Assembly: GCA_030704615.1 (NCBI GenBank)
Contig: CM060731.1
Coordinates: 29,388,001-29,452,000, forward strand
Origin: Takakia lepidozioides
Lineage: Eukaryota > Plantae > Bryophyta
DNA length: 64,000 nt
Direction: 5' to 3'
Under the pieces are notes generated by a model, which searched no databases, was not told where the DNA came from, and saw only the letters and a list, made by a program, of their open reading frames with translations. A program made the translations under genes and the position numbers. Positions 26,564 through 40,486 of the stretch are shown piece after piece. Numbering within the stretch: position 1 is the stretch's first letter; every line of letters starts with the position of its first letter.

Positions 26564-28077
26564 ATGCACAGCTCCAGCCACACTGCCTACATGTTGGAGA
26601 GAAAGCTTCTTCGAGCATCTGCAACGGGCCGGCTGTCTCGTGTGTTACGTGTTCTTGAAAAGTATGGGAAGATTCATGCGAGGAGGAAAAGGAAAACGGC
26701 AACAAGGTCTACGGAATCTTCAGATGACAGCAGAGAGCAGGTCGGTAGTTTTTCTAACAGGACTGGGGTTTGCCAGAGTTGTAATAATGCCCGGGCTAGT
26801 CATGCTTCTCCTAGTAGTGATTTCGGTCCTTGCGACTGTTTCTTCCAGAGCAATAATGGAAGAGGTCTGAAGGTGGATCGCAAAAAGTCAAGTTCCAGTA
26901 TCCGAAAGAAACCTGTCAAAGACGACATTAGGAAGGCATCAAGCATGATTAACATCAATTGCATGGACTCAGAAGGTTTAACTCCTCTTCATTACGCCTG
27001 CCTCTCAAGATCATTTGAATTGGTTGAGTTTCTCATTTCAGAAGGGGCAGATCCTAGGGTTGAAGATGGGAAGGGCAACACTCCTTTACATATTGCGGCA
27101 AAATTGGGGTCCACTGTTATCATATCGGCTTTGAGAGACGCAGGAGGTGACATGGAGGCCGTTAACGATGAGAAGGCCACACCATTTAGTTTTGTCTTTG
27201 CAAGACTAGAGACTTTGAGGGAGAAACAGGAAGCAACTCCTAACTGTTCAAAGTTTGCTGAGCCAGAAAACTGGGGGTCTCGTCTTGTAAAGGAATTGAG
27301 TGATGGAGAAGATAATTGGTGGGGAGGGGAGTGGGAAGAACCTTCTTATGAGAGGGATTTTGAAGATCGCTGTTGGCGAAGAGGCTCCATCAAGAGTAAA
27401 TCAAAGGATAGGCTGGAAGGGGGTCTGTTTAAAGAGAGAGATGAGAGGAGGAAACAACTTCTGGAGGAGAGGGCAAGGGAGTCCAGGAGAATTCTGGAAG
27501 CGGAAGAAGCAAAGGACAGGGTCTGGAGGAAACAGGTGCTGCAGAAGAAAAATTCTGGACAACACAAGCTTTATGGGCAGTCATGGAACAAGTTCTCTCA
27601 TTCTTGTAATTTGTGCCTCTCCTATCGGGATGTGCCTTTTCCGGTAGAGAAAGGAGAAGAAGGAGATCTCCCAAGGGTTCTTTTGCATGGAGTCCCTCCA
27701 ACTGAGCAGAAGACATTGTTGAGGAAAGAATTGCTTCGGTGGCATCCAGGTGTGTTCCTTCTTCATGGTTTTTTGGAGAGAATTCTATTTCTGATTGAAA
27801 GTCTTTTTATGGTTGTCACATCTCTTTTTGCTGAGCTACTTGGATTTTAGGTCATGGATGCTTGTAAGCGTGTGAGATAAGTGGAGAAGAAGAGGTTAAA
27901 AAAGAGAGAGATCATGCTCAATAACAATGTCCGCATTGCTTGTCCACAGATAAATTTTTGCAGAAGTGGGGAACGAGGTTACAAGGTCCTGATCACGAGC
28001 GCATATTAGGACGAGTTAATGAAATATCACAAGCTCTCCATCAGCTTTATAGCAGCCTGGTTCCTAGAGAGGTGTAA
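26564..28077 (+). CDS. Ankyrin-repeat protein with C-terminal RWHPDKF domain (NFKBIL1/IkBL-like)
   Basis: Exon 1 (26564-27749) has ankyrin repeats (GLTPLHYAC, GNTPLHIAA), a charged coiled region and LSYRDVPFP...LRKELLRWHP. Exon 2 (27950-28077) continues DKFLQKWGTRL...RILGRVNEISQAL*. The architecture matches NFKBIL1-family proteins as recalled. Confidence 0.8.
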
Positions 28078-30733
28078 TGTAGATCCGACAACGAGCTTGC
28101 TATACTTGTAACAGCATTCATTCATTTCCCTCCTCTCTGCTTTGGAATAGTGAGGACGATTAAGGTGCCCTGTGGGCATTTGGTGACGGTTGTCTCAACT
28201 CTGGCTTGGTTTCAAAAGGGATACTAGTTAATAGATGCAAGGTAGCTCTCCAAGTTTGTTAGCTTGAGGAGGGCTGGAGTTTTGATTCAAGTAGATTGCA
28301 GGAGGCCATTATAGTCCGAGATTATCAAAGGTGATGTAGGTGCAGTGCACCTCAGGTTCAGTAATGGGTTGTCATGATGTACTGGGAACACGTGTTGAAG
28401 CCATGGTTCCATGTCCTGTAATAAACACCTGGACAATTGGAGTATTTCCCTGAAAGCTCAAGTTGCCTTAGCAAGTCTAGGCTTCACCACAGCCCGTGTC
28501 TTGATATTTGTGACTTTTTCCAAGTCCAATTTGAGAACAGCATGGTCAATGCTTGTTTGGAATCTTAACTGAATGCTTGATGTTCACAGTTTCTTCCTGC
28601 AGTTGCTCAGAATAGTTTGGGCATTGAGTTAAATTCACAGGTGAATGGCGACCCTCCCCGACCCTCCTTTCTGCTGTTAAGGTGCAACATGGTAAACCAG
28701 TGAACTCTGACGACACTTTGATACCATCTCATGTCGAGCCCATCTTGCATGTTGTGCCATGGGATCTACCCAGCATAGGTGGGAAGTCAGCCCATAAATG
28801 CTCTTAACTGGCGGTAATGAGTAAAGAGGGGATTCTGACTGACTATGGTGATGGTGGAAGGAATTCAGACAGTGGCAGTCCTAATCCTGATGTGGGTGCA
28901 CACCTTTTCCATCATAGAGAGAAAGGGAAAGAAACATCCCCAGGTCAGGAAGGTCTGGGTTCAAAAAATGATCAAAACTCGTTACTAACATCTCCGGATT
29001 ACAGTTCTGTTGCACAACATAAATCTGGAAAAAAGTCCTACATTTGAGTCCAAATCAGGCGATGAAACAGAAAATGCAGAGAATCCCTGTATTGGGGTAA
29101 ACAAGATTAGAATGGGAAGATTATTTTACTTAAAGGCATTGGGCATGGGGGTTGCCTGGGGCCACCCTTTGTAAGTCTTCTGTAGTGCTGTCCCTTACTC
29201 TTGTCAATCTTGATAGCAATGCTTATGACTAGTCCTCTAAGGGCCAATAAGTCAGTCTCAGTGCCTCAACTTTCTCTTTCTGGGGTGTTGAATTGTGTAT
29301 ACACCCAATGTGATTTGCCTCCATGAGGCTTAATAAAACTGACTTCCCAACCAGGGTCATTGCACCTTCCATTCCTGTCAATCACTACGAGCAAGAAGAA
29401 AAGCCTTGCACCTCCTGTGCCAAAATGAAGCCACTACACTTGGTTGCACGATCCATGACCTCGTGCAACTTCCACCTGGTACTGGTAACTACACCCTCCA
29501 CCCTCGATGACTTTAAACACCCTGCTCTCACTCAATGCAGGATGAAGGAATTCAGGGATGGCATTTACCGAGGAGGATAGTTGGAAACGAAGACTGACAA
29601 GGCTCATCAATTAAGGCCCAGAACGACCCCTGCGAGATTTCAAAAGCTGAAGGCACCTAAGGGCACCTTCGGGTTTGAAGTCAGAAAAAAAGGAGGGTCA
29701 AAAACAAAAACATGAACATATAGTCTTTCAGCTATATAACACAGTCGTGCATCGCATGCATGTCTTACAGACTCAAAATACAAACAAGTAATCTTGTTCA
29801 TAAACTTCCCCTTCTACCTTTTAGAGCTACCTTCAAACAACACCATTTTCTTAGGACTCATCAAAGATATGACCTTAAGGATGCAAAGGCTCCTGAGGGC
29901 ACACTGATAGTGTTTGTTACTGTCAAGACTCATGTGACATCCAATGAGAGATTTCTTGGTCCATTTTCAACCAAGGAATGGAAAGGGAGTTCTACAGACA
30001 AGAGTAAGAGCTGTGATCATGACAGTGACGATTGTGGCCATTTTCTTTCGCTCCTTTCCCCTCAACACAAGTTGATTTTATTTGAGCGCCTGCGGATCTT
30101 TTGCAAAAACATCTCTGTCATAGCAGAGGAGCGATTACCTGACCTAGATTAAGGGATTGTCAAGTTGGCAGCTGTTGAGTGACACGCATGCAGGTACTGT
30201 CATTCATACATCAATAGCTTTGTCTGCTTTCACTTTGTGATCAACTTGATGCTCTATCTGTTTCCATACCACACGCACATCAAGAACTGCGTGAGTCCAA
30301 GATGGAAAGCTGAGTTAGGAAGGTCTAGAGTGATTCTTAACTTCTTCCATTCAGTTCCTTCAACACACAGTGCACAGAACAATAAGGCAAATAAACTTTT
30401 CAAGGACATCACCATTCTCCTTCCAAATTTGCCTAAATTGTTTGCATTTTTAGGGACAGGGAAGTTACAGGGAAGTTACAGCAAGGCTTGTCAGGCATTT
30501 CAAACTTTCAGGACAGTTTATAATCCAAGAAACATGTCTGGAACAGTTCCTTCTGCACTCAAGGAGTTAACTCTCCTGGGCTTCTCGCACTTGAGGCATA
30601 CTTAGACCCGTCTCTACTTTACATGTATCTGCTATCACTATGCACAGGCTATGAAGAAATGGATGAGTGTTTTAACTCAACACTTCCTTCCATCACTTCC
30701 AAGCTTAGCTGGAAAAGCACAGAAAAGCACATC

Positions 30734-31115
30734 CTAAGAAGCTTCTTGCTCAAACTCTTCACCTTCACTTTCTTCCTCCACATTGTCCGCATCTTCATCT
30801 TCAGCATCAGGTCCATAATCCTCCTGATCATTCTCAGGTGTGGTCTTCCCTATTGGATTCACCGCTTCGTTGGCAGTTCGAATCTCATTCCACTGCACAA
30901 AGGTATTACATATCGCTCTTGTAAGCCCTAATGCTGCCCCCAGAAACACAGATACACCTAATTATAGCCAATTCAATTTCCCCTTAATCTTGTTGTCCCT
31001 GCTGTGCAACAATTACCTAAGAAGGATGCTGTAGAAATCCTGGTCAAATCTTGCATGAAAAGTGCTCAATAGTAGGTGGCTCCAACATGGGAAATTGTAA
31101 CAATCCTTGCAACAT
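30734..31115 (-). pseudogene. APC15: Anaphase-promoting complex subunit 15 (APC15)-like; intact last exon, upstream frame interrupted (pseudogene or unresolved splicing)
   Basis: Last exon 30734-30892 reads WNEIRTANEAVNPIGKTTPENDQEDY...EEESEGEEFEQEAS*, resembling plant APC15 C-termini (IGK motif plus acidic tail ending ESEGEEFEQE). The upstream MLQGLLQFP... frame starts at 31115 but has stops at 31044-46, 31017-19 and 30984-86. Confidence 0.6.
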
Positions 31116-32222
31116 GGTGCTTGGCTGACCCTCCTCTCTTTCTTCTGTCTTTTTCCTCCTTGCAGAGACACAGATGGGACACACAAGCTCGATGTACAAG
31201 GACCGTACACGTGCTCTTGTCAAATCCTGGGTAGTCAGCCTTTATATATCCAAGTTGTTTCAGCTTGGTCCACCTTGAGCTGGATCTACATCTGCAATTG
31301 GTGAATAATGCGTGAGACCAATTCCCAAACTCCAGAGATCTGATACCACATTGAAGTAATGTGGAGCCTTGCAGAAGCTCAAATTGATAATGGATACTGT
31401 TAGTCTTCTGCGTGTGGATGGTTGTATTGAAGTGCTAAGCTGCTTGTAGAGGCAGAATTATGCTGAAGACATGAACCAGCAGGAGTCACACACAGAGATA
31501 TTCACCAGGTATATCTTTTATCCTTGCTCTGTTTCAAGCTTGAAAAGGTGGTAAGCAATCAACGATAATCTATCAAACTCACACATGCCTTGGCTCGATG
31601 GGTTGTTCATTGGTCCTTGTCTACGTTCATTTCAGTCGTTTTATCTTCCTTCCCATTTTCTTCCTGCTCCTCCTCGCGGCTGTACTGCCTTCCTACTTGT
31701 TAAAGGAAAGTATCACTTGTGCTTGCTCTTCAATTGTTGAGCGTAAGCCCCGGAAAGCACACTAGCGATATCAGAACTCTCTCACGCACGCACAACAACG
31801 TGCAATTGCACCACACTGAGCACTGTGAGCTTCATCTCCCCCATACTTCCGGTAACAACCGGGCGGTGTATCTTCAAAGAAAATACGCGAGATTTAAAAT
31901 TGCGCGGGGTAATTGATGAGAGAACAAACCAGAGCTGGAGGGCTATGGAAGCTGCACGCAGGAGATGAGGCGGCTGGTGAGTACGATAATAGCCCGCAAA
32001 CGAATCACAATGATACACAGCTGCCCAAAAAACCCCCCCAAGAAAAACACCAGTGTCAGCGCCTCCATCAACCCTGCTACCTGCAATGCTCGCTGATTGC
32101 TGAGAGACAGTCTAGCAGAACAAATCCCATGTACAGTTGCGCGAGATTTCTCATCAGACACGGGCTTCAACGGAATGCGAGCCCAGTGTCCACACAGGCT
32201 TAGAAACGTGTCGTCGGGCAAG

Positions 32223-32294
32223 AAACCCTAATGAAACCCTAAAGAACCATGAAGTCCGAATCCCGTTCGATACTGTCGGTTGTGCATTTGCCGC
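32223..32294. promoter_or_regulatory. Putative bidirectional promoter: two telo-boxes and an E2F-like site
   Basis: AAACCCTAA at 32223-32231 and 32234-32242; TTTGCCGC (fits TTTSSCGS) at 32287-32294. The segment lies between the divergent APC15-like and SF3B3 transcription units. Confidence 0.5.
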
Positions 32295-32796
32295 GGGAAG
32301 TAAAACCCTCGTTCTCACCTAGAGGCCGTTTCTTGCGTTGCAGCTGCGAGGAGGGGGCGACTGTGGGATGGTATCAGGAGCCTTGCTGTTGTCTTTGATC
32401 ACCTTTTTCGAGGTCCGTGTGCTCGGGGGTTTTCAGTGAGTGAGGTACATTTTTGTTGCATTTGTTTTCGGTCAGGCTCAAGCAAGCTGCAGTTTCCCAG
32501 GGTGATTTTTTTGGATGTGCCTGGATCAATTGAGTTCTTAGAAACCTGGTTCATCAAACTGTTGAGGTGCAACGAGGTTGAGTTTGCGAGACAGCGATGA
32601 CCTAAAGTGTGAGGCTAGACACACTGAGAGCTGTTCGCTTAACTAGTCTTGTGGCAGCCTAGTTGATTGCAGAGCCGAGTTGATGTACATCAGTATTCGT
32701 GAAATCTTAGCTCCATCCAGCTTCTGAGATTTCTCTTGAAAGTCTCTGTGAAGAAAATATCACCCCCATTGCGCGACACACAAGCAGTACTGTGCC

Positions 32797-35700
32797 ATGT
32801 TCTTGTACAGCCTCACCCTGCAGCAGGCGACAGGGATAGTCTGTGCCACTTATGGAAATTTCACAGGGGGCAAAGCGCAGGAGATTGTAGTGGGTCGGGG
32901 GAAAGTGCTGGACCTTCTTCGGCCCGATGACAATGGCAAGCTGCAAACCCTACTTTCGGTTGAAATCTTTGGAGCCATTCGCTCCCTGGCTCAGTTCCGT
33001 CTCACTGGATCTCAAAAGGATTACATCGTGGTTGGCTCAGATTCCGGCCGCATAGTGATTTTGGAATACAATCGAGAGAAAAACATATTTGAGAAAATCC
33101 ATCAGGAGACTTTCGGGAAGTCTGGATGCCGGCGTATTGTGCCTGGCCAGTACTTAGCTGTTGATCCCAAAGGGCGTGCGGTCTTGATTGGGGCGTGCGA
33201 GAAACAAAAGCTGGTGTATGTGCTCAATCGTGACAACGCAGCCAGGCTCACTATCTCCTCGCCACTGGAAGCCCATAAATCACATACAATTGTGTATTCG
33301 ATCACTGGGGTCGACTGCGGTTTTGACAACCCTATTTTTGCAGCGATAGAGCTGGACTACTCCGAGGCTGATCAGGACTCCACGGGTGCAGCAGCAAACG
33401 ATGCACAGAAACATCTGACTTTCTATGAGCTTGATTTGGGTCTCAACCATGTTGTCCGGAAGTGGACTGAGGCCATTGATAATGGTGCTAATATGCTGGT
33501 TACGGTACCAGGGGGAGGTGATGGGCCAAGTGGGGTCCTTGTTTGTGCAGAAAATTTTGTAATTTACAAGAATCAGAACCAACCTGACGTACGAGCACTT
33601 ATTCCCCGAAGGCAAGACTTGCCACCCAACAGGGGAGTGTTGATTGTTTCAGCAGCTACCCACAAGCAGAAGGGCCTGTTTTTTTTCCTGCTGCAGACGG
33701 AATATGGTGACATCTTTAAAGTGACCTTGGATTATGACAAAGATGACCAAGTAACAGAGCTTAAAATCAAATACTTTGATACCATTCCTGTTACGTCGGC
33801 CATGTGTGTTCTCAAATCTGGCTTCCTATTTGCTGCTTCAGAGTTTGGCAACCACTCTCTGTACCAGTTTCAAGGAATAGGTGATGACCCCGAAGTGGAA
33901 TCCTCATCGGCGACGTTGATGGAGACGGATCAGGGGTTTCCACCCATTTTCTTCCAACCCCGAAAACTCAAGAATCTTGTACAAATTGACGAGATTGAGA
34001 GCCTTATGCCCATCTTGGACATGAAAGTGGCCAATCTCTTTGAGGAAGAAACACCCCAAATATTTGCACTCTGTGGGAGAGGGCCACGGTCATCACTTCG
34101 CATTTTACGGCCTGGTCTTGCAGTTACGGAAATGGCAGTTTCCCAGCTTCCTGGAGTGCCAAGTGCAGTCTGGACAGTCAAGAAGAATGTGAATGATGAG
34201 TTTGATGCCTACATTGTTGTCTCATTTGTGAATGCAACCCTGGTCCTGTCTATTGGTGAGACTGTAGAGGAGGTAAGTGACAGCGGTTTTTTGGACACCA
34301 CCCCATCGCTGGCAGTGTCTCTCTTAGGGGATGACTCTTTGATGCAAGTCCATCCAAATGGCATACGGCATATAAGAGCTGATGGGCGTATCAATGAATG
34401 GAAAACACCAGGCAAAAAGACAATTGTGAAGGTTGGCTGCAACAGGATGCAGGTTGTGATTGCCCTTAGTGGGGGAGAGCTGATCTACTTTGAGATGGAT
34501 GTTACTGGACAGCTGATGGAAATTGAAAAGAGAGAAATGGCAGGTGATGTTGCATGTCTTGACATTGCACCAGTACCAGAAGGGAGGCAACGCTCACGGT
34601 TCTTGGCCGTGGGATCGTATGACAGCACTATACGTGTTCTGTCTCTGGACCCTGATGATTGCATGCAGATCCTTAGTGTGCAGGCTGTTTCATCCCCTCC
34701 AGAATCTCTCTTGCTGCTCGAGGTTCAAGCATCAAGTGGAGGTGAAGACGGGGCGGATCACCCAGCTAGTGTGTTTCTCAATGCTGGTTTGCAAAATGGT
34801 GTTCTTCTAAGAACAGAGGTAGATATGGTGACTGGCCAGTTATCCGACACACGGACACGGTTTTTGGGATTGAGAGCTCCGAAGCTATTTTCTGCTCTGG
34901 TTAGAGGTCGTAGGGCCATGCTTTGTCTTTCTAGTAGGCCTTGGCTGGGCTACATCCATCAGGGCCATTTTCTCTTGACGCCACTTTCATATGAAACCTT
35001 GGAGTATGCAGCTTCCTTTTCTTCAGATCAGTGTGCAGAAGGTGTGGTAGCAGTTGCAAGGGAGGCACTGAGGGTTTTCACCATTGAGAGACTGGGTGAG
35101 ACATTCAACCAGACGGTCATGCCCCTTCGGTACACCCCCCGCAAGTTCATTCTTCACCCTAAGCAAAAGTCTCTCATTATTCTTGAGAGTGACCAGGGCG
35201 CATTCACAACAGAAGAGCGAGAGGCCAACAAAAAGGATGCACTCGAAGCTGCAGGTGAGTGTTATGTTTAACTTCTGCCATCAGAAGGTCATAGGGAGTA
35301 TCATTGCCAGACGGCACACAACTATTCTCAGGTGTATTCTCAATCTTTGTTAAGATTGTCATCCACCATCATTAAGTGTGTGCACCCATTGACAATTGCC
35401 TGCTGCAACTCTATCCCCCAGGAGAGAAAGAGGCCTGTCAAGTCATCTTGTTGTATTCTGTAATTTGGCATCAACTGATCGCAGTGATTAGCACCTGCAC
35501 AGATTGATTCGTATGAGACTTGCAGGCGGGGGGGAGGACTAAATTCTTTGATTAATGATTTGATATGATTTTCTGGCACCCGAACCTCTAGAAACGGTTC
35601 CGTACGATTCATGTATGAGGTTTATTAAGGTTTATCTTCTTAAGAACCAAAGGCATGGAGCAGGTGCTCAGGAAAATGGCAAGATGGAGACAGAGAATCA

Positions 35701-37967
35701 GGAGAATGGAGAAGGAGACGAGAAGGAGGACCCCCTCCCTGATCAGCAGTATGGGTACCCCAAAGCTGAACCAAGCAAGTGGGCATCATGTATACGAGTT
35801 TTGGATCCAAAGTCTGCAACAACAACTTGTCTGCTGGAGCTGCAAGATAACGAAGCAGCGCTAAGCATTTGCACTGTCAATTTTCACGACAACAAGGAGT
35901 TGGGGACTGTCATAGCTATTGGCACTGCCAAGGACTTGCAATTCATGCCCAAGAAACAGTCAACAGGAGGATTCATACATATCTATAGGTTTGTGGATGA
36001 GGGAAAGGGACTTGAGCTCGTGCATAAGACCCCTGTCGATGGAGTGCCAACAGCCTTGTGCCAGTTCCAAGGACGCCTGCTTGTTGGAGTGGGGCAGGTG
36101 CTCAGGATCTATGACTTGGGAAAGAGGAAGCTGTTGCGAAAATGCGAGAACAAGAACTTCCCCAACACAATCATAGCCATTCATACATATGGGGACAGGA
36201 TATACGTTGGTGACATTCAAGAGGTACTTTATGTATGCTCTGCCTGTGGTCATTTATGCACTAACAATGGAGGTTAACCTTTAAGTGTGACTGAACCTGC
36301 AAGTGACATATCAAGCCATTTGCTTGCAGGCATTGCTACTGATTCAGGGGTGTGTGGGTTCTTCCTCTAAGTTGGGGAGCAGGTCGGGTTCCCATCACTG
36401 GGTTCGTGAGCGTGTGTTTGAGAGAGAAAGAGAGACATTGTGTACCAAAAACCTTTGCTTGTTGTAGCCTTGCAACCATAGCCCATTTGCTTGAACCGGA
36501 GAAGAGGAGAGCACAATGAGGTCCACTTCATTCAGACAGCCCTATCTTTGTTTGAATGGGAGCTGCCCAGGAGAATTAACTCGAAGTAGTTTAGAAGAGT
36601 GGAGGAGGGGGGGGGTGTGTATGTGTAAGGAGAGAGAGAGAGCAAGAAGGCCCGAGCAACCATTGGCAACAACCTACTCTGTTTAGTGCATTAGCTGATG
36701 AGGATCTAGTTTCTAAATATTTCTTTCTGTCAGTGCAGTCTTTCCACTATGTAAAATATCGGCGGGACGAGAACCAGCTGTACACTTTTGCAGATGACAG
36801 CTGTCCCAGGTGGTTAACTGCCTCCCTACACATGGATTTTGACACCATGGCTGGAGCAGACAAATTTGGTAATGTCTACTTCATGCGACTACCTCAGGAT
36901 GTCTCTGAAGAGATAGAAGATGATCCAACAGGAGGCAAGATTAAGTGGGAACAGGGCCGTCTGAATGGTGCACCAAACAAGGTTGAGGAAATCATTCAGT
37001 TCCATGTAGGTGAGGTCATCACAAGCCTGCAGAAGGCGTCGCTGATTCCCGGGGGAGGAGAGTGTGTACTTTATGGCACTGTGATGGGGAGTGTGGGAGC
37101 CTTGTTGCCATTTTCATCCCGGGAAGATGTGGACTTCTTTTCACACCTTGAGATGCATTTGAGACAAGAAAATCCACCCTTGTGTGGCCGAGATCACATG
37201 GGTTATAGATCTTCCTACTTCCCAGTGAAGGTATGTACTCTTGGGTTTGTGTATGGTGCTCATATTTTACAGGTGAGATTTGCCAACATAAACCTGACTT
37301 GGATGTGTCTGTTTGGAAGATTCGACTTCTCGAACTCAGAGCATAATTCAGTAGGTTCGACTAGAGAAGCTACTCATCCCAACCTCATGAGCACCCTAAT
37401 TAACCTAATACATAGTCCACGTGTAAGGCCGAAGCTGAAGGGAGAAATAAACCAGAAGCATCTAGAGTCAGAGGCATGTGGTCAATGAGACACCTCTCTC
37501 CATCACTCCAAAAGTTTGGGGCACTTGACCTGCAGTCTTACAAGGTCTCAATAGTCATAGCTCAAGAACCTGCAGGTTCTCAGTCCAGGTGGAGGGACAC
37601 TCGTAGGACCTCTACCCAGAGGTAACCACGGTGAAGAGTAAGAAATTGAGGGGAAAGTAAAGGAGGCGCTTGGACTTCCACCAAGTGCGTCTCAACAAAG
37701 TGAAATGATTTGCTCAAGAAAGGACTTCGGACCTGATCGATTCAGAATTCCAGCAGCTTAACTTTGTCACAATTCTGTTGCTTCCTTGGTGATGTGAAGC
37801 TGATGTAAGGTTCCTTGTGTCTGTCGCAGGATGTCGTTGATGGAGATTTGTGTGAGCAGTACCCAACTCTCACTTCAGAGTTGCAAAGAAAAATTGCAGA
37901 TGAACTTGATCGCACCCCTGGCGAGATCCTCAAGAAGCTTGAAGACATCAGGAATCGGATTGTCTGA
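32797..37967 (+). CDS. SF3B3: Splicing factor 3B subunit 3 (SAP130/Rse1)
   Basis: Exons 32797-35254, 35664-36223, 36739-37230 and 37830-37967. Highly conserved sequence from MFLYSLTLQQATGI and HQETFGKSGCRRIVPGQYLA to RTPGEILKKLEDIRNRIV*. Confidence 0.98.
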
Positions 37968-38991
37968 AGTGGATATGTATCTTGGTTATATTTGTGTCAC
38001 CTTCTTTAGCACCTAGATCCTTTGTGTTTGTTACCCTTGTAGGTGTGATGTTCACCATACATCTCCCCATCTCAGTTGTAATTTCATTCCTGTAACTGGG
38101 AGGATAAATTTTGGTAACGAGTCACTTACAAAATGCCATCTCAGTGGGATATACGTTGCTTCTCTCTTGAGCAGTACATCACATAATGTTGTAAGGGCGA
38201 ATTGCAAAGGTTTTCTGGTTCACTGAGGAACAGGTTTGAACTGCTCACTTGAGGGTTCAAGCTAGTTGTCTTCCATAGGCGATTGTGGACCTGCAAAATA
38301 TTGGCATTATTGACACATGGAGGTTCTTGTCATCTCCTAGAGTTGTGTAAGATGTCACTCGCGAACATCACCCTTGCAGGACAAAGGAGCTGAAGCCTCC
38401 TGAAGGGTTTTCACTGACTGTAGTCTCTACTGTTTGATGTTTTCACAACTTGACAATTGAAAGTAACTGATTGTTCTACTCATAATGCCCAGAAGCAACT
38501 GCTATGCAACCTCTTATGCATTGCCTGCTTTGCTTCGTGTATCCCAGGGTTCATAGTTTGTTGAATGAAGAGCATGTTTGTTTCTCCTTCAACTTTGCTG
38601 CCTTACCTCACCTTCACCCACTCTGCCCACCCACTGTTCGACACCATTCCCCTTATTTCAGAGATCTGACTACAGTAGCATCTCCCCAACGCCAGTCTCA
38701 TATTTGTAAGAGGAGTACTTAAGAGGGAGACAGGATCCTGGGCATGGAGTGTTAAGAGGCACCCGGTGAAATCAGGGGCGGCCGGTCCTCCGAACGACGG
38801 GGCGGCCCCCGAGGGAAGAGAGGACTGCAGGCCTCTCACTTCCGCACTGCCACACTTGTTCGAAATCCGGTTTCCTCCGTGCTGAATTGTGGAGGACAAC
38901 GAAACATTTTCGGATTGTGTCACAGTCACCAGCATCAGATCATCACCACAATCCGGTGTGGTTTTTGGTTGGAAGACGAGGGATATCAAAA

Positions 38992-40486
38992 ATGGCGCAA
39001 CAGCAAGAGATCCCAAATCCCGCACCCAGCAGCTCGGAACCCACTGCATCACTTGCAAGGTCAGGTTGGGCGAAGACTCCCTCGCGAATGCAGAACATAC
39101 TGTGGAGCGGAGAGAAACGCCACGTGTTTGTAGGAATGCTGGCGATCAGTGCCCTGGCCGCTATTCCTTGGGTGTTTTTTACTTCTGGTATGTTCCACAC
39201 CTACTTGCTCAATAGAGATCGTCTACCCTTAATTCCACTTTTCGTCTTGATTGATGGAGGAGTCGGTCTGTGGGAAGAGGTCCGCCGTTCGGTTTTTGAG
39301 ATCAAGTCTGCCACAGTGAGTGTACCCTCAAGGGTACGACATAGTTAACGTTGGCAAGGCACACAGGCGATGAGTACATCTCTGTCTCTCTCCTTTCCAC
39401 CGCTGATACATATGTGATGTTCATGTCAGCTGTTATCTAGCACTCAGTTCCTTGAAACTGGGTTGCGGTTTGGAACTCTTCGAATTAGTGAGGAAACCTA
39501 AGGCCGGCTCTTGATAGTTGGAAATATTGGGACAAAGCAGTGATGTAGCCAATGGGGCAAGATGAATGAGTACATCTCTCTCTCCCCCTCCCTCTTATTC
39601 CTCGTCCCTAGCAGAAACCTTCAGTTATGAGCAGGTGCTTAGTGGGGGTTACCTGCGTTAGGCACTGCATCCGTGGGTTTGATTTGTTCTCTGGGGCTTC
39701 TGTGTTATCTCACTCAAACCTGAGCAAATCATTTGGGGGACTAGGTCTGGGGTTTCAAGGAGAATTACAGCTCCATAAGTGACGGCTAGCCTTTCTTCTG
39801 CTCATCAAATTTTCGATTCAGGGAATTAGAGTAGGGAATGTGAATGACATTGTGTGGTCCGGGGCCGGGGTGGTGGGGGCCCTTGCCTTCCCAAACTGTG
39901 CCCAGGGCCTTCAAGTCCATAGCTGAAGAATTGGACAACAAATTGCCTGGTGGCCAGTGTTTTACGTCCAACTATAATTTTGCCATTTGAGCACAATGTT
40001 AGAAGACACTCAGAGTGTAGGCATTGGAGAGGAAGTCAGCCCTTGCAGAATCTCTAGTGTTTAGTAACTAGCCCCCTCAGCATTGCCGGTCAATTTGCCG
40101 ACTGTGTCATGTATTCAGGCTACAATCAGTCCCTGGAGGCAAGCTGCTAGTAGTCAAAATGAACTGTATGGTGAAAATAAACATAGTAACGGTCAGAAGC
40201 TTTGATAAGTTTCAGGTGAGCAGATGCCGTAGAAGATTTTCTCAGGCAGTAGGGTTTAACTGCAGCTGATTCTTTAATATGTTTCAACTGGTTCAACGTG
40301 CTGACATATGCCAGCTATCTGACCTGTCTAAGTAGAGAGGGGTCAGCTATGGTAGTTTGATAGTGATGGTGGTTCTGGATTAAATTTGATGCAGGCAAGA
40401 AGCATGATTCACACGCAGATTACATGGACAGAGCTGAGAAAGCACGCCGTGACAGACTTTCTTCCTCATCCACTGCAACATCTTGA
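38992..40486 (+). CDS. Small single-pass membrane protein of unknown function (~95 aa), conserved plant family
   Basis: Exon 38992-39187 (..WSGEKRHVFVGMLAISALAAIPWVFFTSG) joins in phase 1 to exon 40395-40486 (KKHDSHADYMDRAEKARRDRLSSSSTATS*). Resembles small plant proteins with a PW..SHxDYMx(K/R)AxKARxxRLSS motif. Confidence 0.8.

Noticed and set aside
30984-31046. U-to-C RNA editing rescuing the three APC15-like stops (to R, Q, Q)
   Set aside because: Such editing is known from plant organelles, not nuclear mRNAs; any stop codon can be 'rescued' this way, so the pattern is not evidence.
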